This document shows positions 1 through 8,528 of a stretch of DNA of 64,000 nucleotides, in pieces; the first letter of the stretch is position 1, and each line of letters opens with the position of its first letter. The notes beneath the pieces were generated by a model. It searched no databases. It was not told the origin of the DNA and was given only the letters and a program-made list of their open reading frames with translations. Source of the DNA: an uncultured Gammaproteobacteria bacterium (GTDB lineage Bacteria > Patescibacteriota > Microgenomatia > UBA10105 > UBA927); contig CAYGFH010000001.1 of assembly GCA_964349125.1 (NCBI GenBank), positions 389,408-453,407 of the forward strand, read 5' to 3'. A program made the translations under genes and the position numbers.

Positions 1-2206
1 CTTTCTGCGCCTTTGACGATTGATTGCTTTTCGTCTACGATTTCACAATCGAACACAGATACAGAGAGACCTCCACACATGGTTGCGCCCATGAATCCGA
101 TGTTTTTGATGGCATCGATAAGCTTTACAACATCCTCTTTACTGTAGTGGTTCAGTGCTTTGGTGATAAGAGATTTCACTGTGGCCGCTTTCACCGGACT
201 GTTGATATAGCGAAGTTCTGCTGGCAAAATTTCGTTAAACATAACTCGTCCGACTGTTGTCACAATCCATTCACCATTCATGCGAAGCCGGATTGGACTG
301 CGCAGTGACACTTTCTCTGATTGATAGGCAAAAATAACATCCTGCTCATCGCTATACATCGGCATATCTTTTTCTGCAACTGATTCGCCTGCTACTTCCA
401 TTGTGGTCAGGTAGTAACAACCGATAACCATTTCCTTATTTGGAACGGTAATAGGTGACCCGTCGGCCGGCTTAAGTAAGTTGTGTGTCGGCAACATCAG
501 ATGAATCGCTTCATGCTGACTCTCCACAGACAACGGAATGTGTACAGCCATTTGATCTCCGTCAAAATCAGCGTTATACCCTGCACAAACACATGGGTGA
601 ATTCTGATTGCTGATCCCTCAATAAGGATAGGATAGAATGCCTGGATACCCAGTTTGTGAAGTGTAGGTGCGCGATTCAGGAGCACCGGATGATTTTTGG
701 TAATTTCTTCCAAAATATCAAAGACTTCAGGTGTTCTCTTCTCAAGCACGTTTTTGGCATTCTTTACGTTTGGAGCAATGCCACGAACGATAAGCTCGCG
801 AAGTACGAACGGTTTGAACATTTCAAGCGCCATTTCCTTTGGCAGTCCACACTGTGTAAGGTTAAGTTCAGGACCTACGACGATAACTGATCGTCCAGAG
901 TAATCAACGCGTTTTCCAAGCAAATTCTGTCGGAATCGGCCTTGTTTACCTCGAAGCATGTCTGAGAGAGATCGAAGCGGTGCGATGACTGCCCGTGAAC
1001 TTGGTCGTTGTGTGACATCAATCAAACTGTCTACAGCTTCCTGAAGCATACGCTTTTCGTTGCGCAGAATGATTTCCGGCGCTCCCAAATCCATGAGGTG
1101 CTTCAAACGGCTGTTGCGGTTGATAACCCGTCGGTACAAGTCGTTCAAATCACTGGTTGCAAACCGACCACCCGACAATTGCACCATAGGTCGAAGATCA
1201 GGCGGGATCACGGGAAGGTTCTCAAGAATAATCCATGACGGATTTACACTTGCTCGCCTCATACCATCCACTACCCGAAGTCGTTTTGTGGCTTTAATAT
1301 GCCTCTGGCCACTCGTATTTTGAATTTCTTCTCGAAGTTCTGCGGTTAATTTTTCAAGGTCGATCTTCTTAATAACCTTTTCGACTGCTTCCGCACCCAT
1401 TCCGACTTCAAAACATTCCACAGCATCATATTCCAATAATCTGAGGTATTCGTCTTCTGATAATGTATGAAGCGGCTTAATAGCTTTTACAATTGAGATT
1501 AGTGAATCAACGATTTCTTTGATTTTATCTTTTTCTTTTGCTCCGCGATCATCGATCACTGTCATCTCTTGTCGTTCTTTAAGTGTAAGCTCAGAGACTG
1601 CGAGATCTTTGGCTTCTGCACCATTTACGCGCTGTTTAACAGACTCTTTATCTTTGACCAGTGTTTCTTTCTTTTTTGCTTTTTCCTCTGCAATTCGTGC
1701 GTCAACCTCATCCATACGGATTTTTCCGGAAAGGGTCAACTGTTCAAGCACTTCTTTCTTCTTGTCATCATCTACGTTGGTAACGAGGTATTGGGCAAAA
1801 TATATAACTTCCTCAAGTGCCCGTGGGCTAATGTCCAACAACAATGACAATCTTGAAGGTGCACCTTTGAAAAACCATACGTGAGCAACTGGAGCTACGA
1901 GGCCGATATGGCCCATTCTCTCGCGGCGGACTTTGCTTTGGGTAACTTCAACACCACACTTATCACATACGATGCCTCGATATCGGATTCTCTTATACTT
2001 ACCACAGTAACATTCCCAATCTTTCGTTGGTCCAAAAATTCGCTCGTCGAACAATCCGTCTTTTTCAGGCTTGAGCGTTCGATAGTTGATCGTTTCAGGC
2101 TTGGTTACTTCACCGTGTGACCATTCTTTGATATCTGCAGGAGATGCAAGAGTAACCTTTAAACCGGAAAAATCTACTATGTTTGCGAATGATGATTTGG
2201 TATCCA
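1..2206 (-). CDS. rpoC: DNA-directed RNA polymerase subunit beta' (rpoC), N-terminal part; continues past the window edge
   Basis: Reverse-strand translation from the ATG at 2204-2206 gives MDTKSSFANIVDFSGLKVTLASP...CDKCGVEV (zinc-binding N-terminus of beta'). An AAGGAG RBS lies 8 nt upstream. The gene sits immediately downstream of rpoB, as expected for the rpoBC operon. It is missing from the ORF track because the ORF runs off the window edge. Confidence 0.9.
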
Positions 2207-2211
2207 TAATA

Positions 2212-5200
2212 TTACTCCTTTGACTTCACTGCCTCGTCTTCTGGTTCTACATGTGATGGTGTTTCCGCAATCTCTTCTTCTGCGACTGTTTCTTCCCCGC
2301 TTGCTTTTGCTATCTCTTCTGCTTCTTTCTTCAACACATCGTCAGCCACTGTTGGGACTGTAATTGTTGGCTTTGCTGCGACGACACCTGTCGGTACTAC
2401 ACTGAGACCCAATGCCTGCAGTTCTTTCACCAACACCTTGAAGGATTCTGGAATCGTTGATTCCGGAATATCTGTTCCTTTGACGATAGCTTCGAATGCT
2501 TTCGCGCGTCCTACCACGTCATCGGATTTGATTGTCAACATTTCCTGCAGTACATGAGCAGCTCTGTGTGCTTCCAGTGCCCAGACTTCCATTTCTCCAA
2601 GTCTTTGTCCACCCATTTGGGCTTTTCCGCCGAGTGGCTGTTGCGTCACCAGAGAGTACGGTCCAGTTGAGCGTGCGTGTGTCTTATCCTCTACCATGTG
2701 GATAAGCTTCAGGATATATCCGACACCCATAACGATCGGCTCTTTAAATGCTTCTCCTGTGCGACCATCATAGAGTGTGCTCTTACCTGTTACAGAAAGT
2801 CCTGCTTCCTTCAACATCTCTGTTGTGTTTTCTTCTTTGGTCTTTTCAAATACCGGCAAAGCAACTTTATAGTTCAGCTTTTCCGCTGCAAGACCCAGGT
2901 GGGTTTCCAACAGTTGTCCTAAGTTCATACGTGCAAGCACTGAGAGTGGAGAAATAATAAGATCTACCACGGTTCCGTCTGCCAAATACGGCATATCACT
3001 CTGTGGGACGACTTTTGAGATAACACCTTTGTTCCCGTGTCGGCCAGCGAGTTTGTCTCCGGCAACAACTTTCCTCATCTGTGCTACTTTTACGATAATC
3101 TTTCGGTTTGTTCCAGGCTCCAGCTCATCGCCTTTTTCTTTATCAAGTATTTTAACTTCGATAACCGTTCCTCGTTCACCATGGGCTACGCGCAAACTGG
3201 TATCTCTCACTTCACGTGCTTTTTCTCCGAATATTGCCCGGAGCAATCGCTCTTCTGCGGTAAGCTCAGTCTCGCCCTTTGGAGCGATTTTTCCGACCAA
3301 AATATCATTTGGACGGACTTCCGCGCCAACAACGATAATGCCATTTTCATCAAGGTTTCGAAGTGCTTCTTCGCCGACATTCGGAATATCCCGTGTTGTT
3401 TCTTCTGCTCCCAATTTCGTATCAACAACATTTGCATCGTATTCTTCGATGTGCACTGATGTAAGGACATCATCTTTCACCAAGCGGTCAGAAATAACGA
3501 TAGCATCCTCATACCCGAGTCCGTCAAAACTCATGTAGGCGATTGTGACGTTGGATCCCAATGCTAATTCACCGTCTTCACTTGCCGGACCTTCGACCAA
3601 CACGTCATTTTTCTTCACCTTATCACCGGTACTTACCATTACTCTCTGGTTGTAACAGGTTGATTGTGCAGATCGTGAGAATTTCATGACCGGATAGGTG
3701 TATGACTGGCCATCTTTTGTTTCAAACACCACTTTTGATCCATCAGCGTAGGTAACTACTCCGTCATCTTTTGCTCGGACAACCCGACCCATGGTTTGTG
3801 AAATCGCAGCTTCCATTCCTGTTCCGACAACCGGAGATTGCGGGATTAACAGCGGTACTGCCTGACATTGCATGTGGGTACCCATGAGTGCGCGGTTTGC
3901 TTCGTCATGTGCCAAAAATGGAATAAGTGAAGCAGGAGCTCCGACGACCTGTCGTGGAACTATATCTATGTATTCGACTACAGTTGCGTCTGCCTCCAAG
4001 AACTCTCCCTTGTATCGCACTGGGACGCGTTCATCTTCAAAGTATCCGTCTTTATCAATTGCTATACTTGCATGGGTAATATATTTGTATTGCTCATCAC
4101 TTGCGTCAAGATACACGATTTGATCTGTGACTCTCATGACATCTTTACCGCCACGTGTCACTTTTTCGACTTTTCGGTACGGGGTCTCAAGGAATCCGTA
4201 GTCGTTCACTCGTGCGTACAATGACATGTAGGTAACAAGTCCGATGTTTGGTCCTTCTGGACTTCGGACCGGACAGATACGACCATATTGTGATGCGTTA
4301 ATGTCACGGATTGAGAAGGAAGCCCGCTCTCTCGAAATTCCGCCGGTACCCATAACGGTCAGGCGTCGCAAATTGTCGACTTCTGCCAAAGGATTTGTCT
4401 GATCTAATATTGTAGAAAGCTGACTTGTCCTAAAGAAATCATTTACGGATGCGATAATCGGGCGGGCGTTAACCAACTGCATAGGTGTTAAATCCTCTGC
4501 CGTCGGACCTGCAAGACTCATCTTTTCACGTACTGAACGCTCTAATCTCAAAATACCGACTCGGAATGCGTTTGTGGCTACGAGTTCTCCGACGCGTCGC
4601 ACACGTCGATTGCCAAGATGGTCAATATCATCAACATCCTCTGTGCCATTTGCCAGACCGATAAGCTTTTTTACGCTTCCCACGATATCTTCCCGAGTCA
4701 GCACCCAATGCTCACGCTCATTTGGAACGTCAATTCCCAACTTCTTGTTCATCTTATATCGACCAACTCTCTCAAGGGAGTATCTCCTGTAATCAAAAAA
4801 CATCGTGCGGATTAGTTCCTGCGCGTTATCCTGAACGATTGGCTCTCCTGGTCGAAGCTTTCGGTAGAGCTCAAGGACAGCTTCTGTGTGATTTTTTGTG
4901 GGGTCTTTTGCGAGTGTGGATTCTATATAATGGTGATCTGGGTTGGTGTCGACATCTTTAAACGCTTCAATAATTTCTTCGTTACTTCCAAGTCCGATTG
5001 CCCGAAGGAATGTGGTTGCTACAAATTTTCGGCGTCTGTCGATACGAACCATCATGACATCATTGCGGGTCATGATAAATTCCAACCAACTTCCATGCAT
5101 TGGTCGAATTTCAGCACTGTGCAGTGTTTTTCCTGTTGAGGAATCCATTGTGCCACTGAAATATATACCTGGAGATCGCACTAATTGATTTACTACACAT

Positions 5201-5586
5201 CTCTCGATTCCGTTAATGATAAACGTGCCATTTTCTGTCATGGCAGGAATATCTCCTAAGAACACTTCCTGAGTGACATGATGACCTGTTTGTTTGTTTA
5301 CCAATGTTGTCGTTACTTTAAGAGGCATGTCGAAGGTCAAACCTTTTTCGAGTGCAGCTGTCGGGGTTAATCTCGGTCGGCCGAAATAGTAATCACCAAA
5401 TGATAATTCCCAATTCTTACCGGTGAAATCTTTGATAGGAGAAACTTCTACGATGAGGTCTTTGATACCCTGTTCAAGAAACCATTGATATGATTCCCGT
5501 TGCACCAAGGTTAAGTCAAATACTGGAAGATCAGTATATTCTTTGCCCCAATACAATCTTTTTTTAGAATGAGCGTCTTTAGCCAT
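2212..5586 (-). CDS. rpoB: DNA-directed RNA polymerase subunit beta
   Basis: 1124-aa ORF with the diagnostic beta-subunit blocks GPNIGL, RMNLGQ and PYSLVTQQPLGGKAQ(M)GGQR(L)GEMEVWALEAH. It is followed 5 nt later by rpoC. Confidence 0.97.
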   Translation of the reverse strand: MAKDAHSKKRLYWGKEYTDLPVFDLTLVQRESYQWFLEQGIKDLIVEVSPIKDFTGKNWELSFGDYYFGRPRLTPTAALEKGLTFDMPLKVTTTLVNKQTGHHVTQEVFLGDIPAMTENGTFIINGIERCVVNQLVRSPGIYFSGTMDSSTGKTLHSAEIRPMHGSWLEFIMTRNDVMMVRIDRRRKFVATTFLRAIGLGSNEEIIEAFKDVDTNPDHHYIESTLAKDPTKNHTEAVLELYRKLRPGEPIVQDNAQELIRTMFFDYRRYSLERVGRYKMNKKLGIDVPNEREHWVLTREDIVGSVKKLIGLANGTEDVDDIDHLGNRRVRRVGELVATNAFRVGILRLERSVREKMSLAGPTAEDLTPMQLVNARPIIASVNDFFRTSQLSTILDQTNPLAEVDNLRRLTVMGTGGISRERASFSIRDINASQYGRICPVRSPEGPNIGLVTYMSLYARVNDYGFLETPYRKVEKVTRGGKDVMRVTDQIVYLDASDEQYKYITHASIAIDKDGYFEDERVPVRYKGEFLEADATVVEYIDIVPRQVVGAPASLIPFLAHDEANRALMGTHMQCQAVPLLIPQSPVVGTGMEAAISQTMGRVVRAKDDGVVTYADGSKVVFETKDGQSYTYPVMKFSRSAQSTCYNQRVMVSTGDKVKKNDVLVEGPASEDGELALGSNVTIAYMSFDGLGYEDAIVISDRLVKDDVLTSVHIEEYDANVVDTKLGAEETTRDIPNVGEEALRNLDENGIIVVGAEVRPNDILVGKIAPKGETELTAEERLLRAIFGEKAREVRDTSLRVAHGERGTVIEVKILDKEKGDELEPGTNRKIIVKVAQMRKVVAGDKLAGRHGNKGVISKVVPQSDMPYLADGTVVDLIISPLSVLARMNLGQLLETHLGLAAEKLNYKVALPVFEKTKEENTTEMLKEAGLSVTGKSTLYDGRTGEAFKEPIVMGVGYILKLIHMVEDKTHARSTGPYSLVTQQPLGGKAQMGGQRLGEMEVWALEAHRAAHVLQEMLTIKSDDVVGRAKAFEAIVKGTDIPESTIPESFKVLVKELQALGLSVVPTGVVAAKPTITVPTVADDVLKKEAEEIAKASGEETVAEEEIAETPSHVEPEDEAVKSKE

Positions 5587-5622
5587 TTAAATAAGTTCTA
5601 TAAATACTAAATGAATACGAAC

Positions 5623-5652
5623 GACAAAAAGAAGCGAACAATGAACGTTCGC
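5623..5652 (-). terminator. Rho-independent terminator downstream of the nuclease gene, upstream of rpoB
   Basis: On the minus strand there is a hairpin GCGAAC-GTTCATT-GTTCGC followed by TTCTTTTTG (plus-strand 5634-5652 hairpin, 5623-5633 A-run). Confidence 0.5.
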
Positions 5653-5722
5653 CTCATAATCTATTGAATTATCGTTATAATACAACCAGCACTGCTATTT
5701 GTCAACAGAGCAATTCTGCCAC

Positions 5723-6556
5723 TTATCGTTCTATTATATATATATCCTGTTTATATCCGCCTACGGCCACAAATGTGGCACGACCCCCTACGATTGCTTC
5801 GTACGGACGGCAGACCCTGCACCCATCTGATTGCGGGCATTTAAAATGTTCCAACTTTCTTGCGAGCTGCACTTTTTTTGCGATGGTGAGGACTCTTGTC
5901 ATAGCGCCATCGATGTCTACCATCGGAACTTCAGTTGGACTATCATCACGATCCAGATACCAATAGCTCACCTTTTCCACTTTTCTGTTTTGACATTTTG
6001 ATGCAAGCAGCACATAAATGGGCAGTTGCAGTGAGTCAGGGTCCTCATCAAACTTGCCAGTCTTGAAATCGATGATATGCACACTGTCTGTCATATCGAG
6101 ATACTCGATCCAATCTATTTTGCCACACAGGATAATGTTGTCTTCTTCCGAAAGCCAGAAATACGGAAGTTCCTGCCGGAATTTTATGGTTTTGTTTGCC
6201 AGTGGCCCGGGATTATCTATGATCCGTTGGATCATACTCGCTCCCCTGGCTTTGATTTGTTGTTCCTCATCAGCTGAGGAAAATCCGCCGAGCTTTCCCG
6301 ATACCGATTTCCACGCTAGTTCATATCGGTCCAATAAGGATGATGTAAATCTGGATTCCACAGGCAGAGAGGAAAGTGATTCCACAACCTCATGCACGGC
6401 TTGCCCCAGGGCAAGTGGTGGCTGCATCAGCATTATTTTATGATTAGTCTTAGGGTCGCGGTACATATTTTTCAAATAATACGCACGGGGACATTTCAGA
6501 TAATCACCTATTGAAGAGTGGGATACCCACACGGCTGAAAATTTATCTTTTATCAT
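5723..6556 (-). CDS. PD-(D/E)XK nuclease with Fe-S cysteine cluster (Cas4/RecB/AddB-like, DUF83-type)
   Basis: 277 aa. There is an N-terminal Cys (KCPRAYYLK), a D..IIDFKTGK motif (D-x-K), a QLPIY (QxxxY) motif and a C-terminal CPQSDGCRVC cysteine triad. This arrangement is typical of Cas4-like nucleases. No cas genes or CRISPR array are nearby. Confidence 0.6.
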   Translation of the reverse strand: MIKDKFSAVWVSHSSIGDYLKCPRAYYLKNMYRDPKTNHKIMLMQPPLALGQAVHEVVESLSSLPVESRFTSSLLDRYELAWKSVSGKLGGFSSADEEQQIKARGASMIQRIIDNPGPLANKTIKFRQELPYFWLSEEDNIILCGKIDWIEYLDMTDSVHIIDFKTGKFDEDPDSLQLPIYVLLASKCQNRKVEKVSYWYLDRDDSPTEVPMVDIDGAMTRVLTIAKKVQLARKLEHFKCPQSDGCRVCRPYEAIVGGRATFVAVGGYKQDIYIIER

Positions 6557-6585
6557 ACTGTTCTTCGTTATAGTACAATATTCGC

Positions 6586-7512
6586 ATGATTAATCAAGTT
6601 TCTTTCAGCGATGCAAAGGATAGTTGGGGCCTCGCTCTATCTCACAACCCAATACAGGTACCGTTTCTCACATGGGAGTGGCATAATGATTGGTTTCAAA
6701 CACTTGGCGCATCGTATTCACCTCTCACCTTTACCATGGGAAATGAATTGGTAGCCTCATTTGCCCGAAAAGATACAGAACTTATTTTCGCGGGTGGAGA
6801 TGAAATAGCTGATTATCTCGATATAGTCGGAAGTGATGACAAAAAACAAACAGCATGGGACGAGATTCTGCAACAAATACAGAGACTTGGTATCACTGGG
6901 CTGACTCTGAGAAATGTTCCCGAAAATTCAGCCACACGGTCTTACTTTTCAGGTATGCCGGGGGCTGAGTGTGTGCAGGAGGACACTACACCACAATTTT
7001 TATTACCAAACTCATGGGAGAGCTACCTGGATTCACTGTCAAAAAAATACAGACATGAACTTGAGAGGAAAATACGGAAATTTAACAGAGAACATCCGGA
7101 CAGCGAAATTTTCGAAAGCGCCAATCCTGCTGACGATATATCCATACTCTTTGCTCTGATGGAAAAGGATGATGCTAAAAAGATATTCCTTACCGCAGAA
7201 ATGAAAGAATTCTTCATCCGTATCGCCCACACATTTTCCGGTCAAACATCACTGCGTTATGTTCGCCTCGGTGATAAAAAAATCGCGGCAACACTGTCAT
7301 TTATCATGAATAATTCACACTATCTCTATAATTCGGGATTCGATAAAGATTGCTGTTCCATCGCAGGATTTTATCTGAAGGCAATGAATATACAACATGC
7401 CATTTCAAACCACGCGCATTTGTATAATTTCCTCCAGGGAAACGAACGCTATAAATACGAGCTCGCGGGGCAGGATTTTGGCGTGTTTAAAATACGCTAT
7501 ACCCTCAAATAA
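6586..7512 (+). CDS. GNAT-fold acetyltransferase, FemAB/CelD-like (Acetyltransf_6-type)
   Basis: 308 aa. The overall length and pattern resemble the BioF2/CelD-like GNAT family. The start is divergent from the nuclease gene with a 29-bp gap. This is weaker motif-level recognition than the other calls. Confidence 0.4.
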   Translation: MINQVSFSDAKDSWGLALSHNPIQVPFLTWEWHNDWFQTLGASYSPLTFTMGNELVASFARKDTELIFAGGDEIADYLDIVGSDDKKQTAWDEILQQIQRLGITGLTLRNVPENSATRSYFSGMPGAECVQEDTTPQFLLPNSWESYLDSLSKKYRHELERKIRKFNREHPDSEIFESANPADDISILFALMEKDDAKKIFLTAEMKEFFIRIAHTFSGQTSLRYVRLGDKKIAATLSFIMNNSHYLYNSGFDKDCCSIAGFYLKAMNIQHAISNHAHLYNFLQGNERYKYELAGQDFGVFKIRYTLK

Positions 7513-7545
7513 CTGTATGGCACCCCACTTCGTTTCTTCCAATAG

Positions 7546-8526
7546 GTGCTGTATGATGAATTAATGGATTTCATCTATAACCCCACTGTATTGGAACATA
7601 TAACCATTCATCATCCGGAATCTGCCGATAGGCTGTCTCTATTTTCATCACTTCCGGTAACGCCGCTGTCTCTCTCTGAGAGCGTGTTGGAACTTATCCA
7701 CACCAAAGCATATATATCTGACGTGAAGCAAATGTGCGAAGGAAGTGAAATGCTCGATCCCGATACACAGACCTCTCCCGGCTCATTTGCTGCCGCGCTT
7801 ACGGCCGTTGCAGCTACAATAAAGGCAAGTGAAACAGATAATTTCGCCTTGGTGCGCCCTCCTGGACATCATGCCTACCCGAATCATGGCGCCGGCTTTT
7901 GTTTATTTAACAATATAGCTATAGCTGCCAAACGGTTGGTAAATGACAATAAACGGGTGCTTATCCTTGATATAGACGGACACCTTGGAGATGGAACGGA
8001 AGCAATCTTTTATAACTCAAATTCTGTGTTGTATTGGTCCCTCCATCAGGAGCATGCATATCCAGAAAAAGGATCAGTTCATGAGGTAGGAGCGGGAAAA
8101 GGAATGGGGTACACAATAAACGTTCCCCTTCCTGCCAAATCAGGAGATGATATTTATATGCAGGCGATACAGAAATTGATACCTATTGCGATCGCATTCA
8201 AGCCGGATGTTGTTGCGGTATCTGCCGGATTTGATGCCCACTCGGAAGATCCGACTTTACAATTACGACTCAGTACAAACGCCTATTATCAAATAGGAGC
8301 TCTCCTTTCCAAAAAGTTTCCTCATATATTTGCTACTCTTGAGGGTGGATACAACGCGTCTCATCTTGAGAAGTGCATTTATAGTTTTGTCGACGGAATC
8401 AATGGAAAAGAATTGAGACATACGGAAGAATATACAGAAACACCGTTTTTACTTCTTGAACAGTTTCAGGTTAATCTGGATTCACTGGTGGATACACTCA
8501 AGCCGTACTGGTCGCACGTATTGTAA
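7546..8526 (+). CDS. Histone-deacetylase-family lysine/acetylpolyamine deacetylase (AcuC-like)
   Basis: Contains VRPPGHHA, DIDGHLGDG and GGYN motifs, which are the catalytic signatures of the HDAC/AcuC/AphA family. Length is 326 aa. Confidence 0.85.
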   Translation: MLYDELMDFIYNPTVLEHITIHHPESADRLSLFSSLPVTPLSLSESVLELIHTKAYISDVKQMCEGSEMLDPDTQTSPGSFAAALTAVAATIKASETDNFALVRPPGHHAYPNHGAGFCLFNNIAIAAKRLVNDNKRVLILDIDGHLGDGTEAIFYNSNSVLYWSLHQEHAYPEKGSVHEVGAGKGMGYTINVPLPAKSGDDIYMQAIQKLIPIAIAFKPDVVAVSAGFDAHSEDPTLQLRLSTNAYYQIGALLSKKFPHIFATLEGGYNASHLEKCIYSFVDGINGKELRHTEEYTETPFLLLEQFQVNLDSLVDTLKPYWSHVL

Positions 8527-8528
8527 TT

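Noticed and set aside
24-2120. Short + strand ORFs at the window start (24-308, 657-890, 1519-1884 and others)
   Set aside because: The region is fully explained by the minus-strand rpoC N-terminal coding sequence, which is absent from the ORF track only because it runs off the edge.
2677-5188. Multiple 65-170-aa ORFs on the + strand inside rpoB (for example 3029-3538, 4888-5139)
   Set aside because: They are antisense to a conserved, full-length rpoB and have low-complexity Ser/Phe-rich translations. They are classic shadow ORFs.
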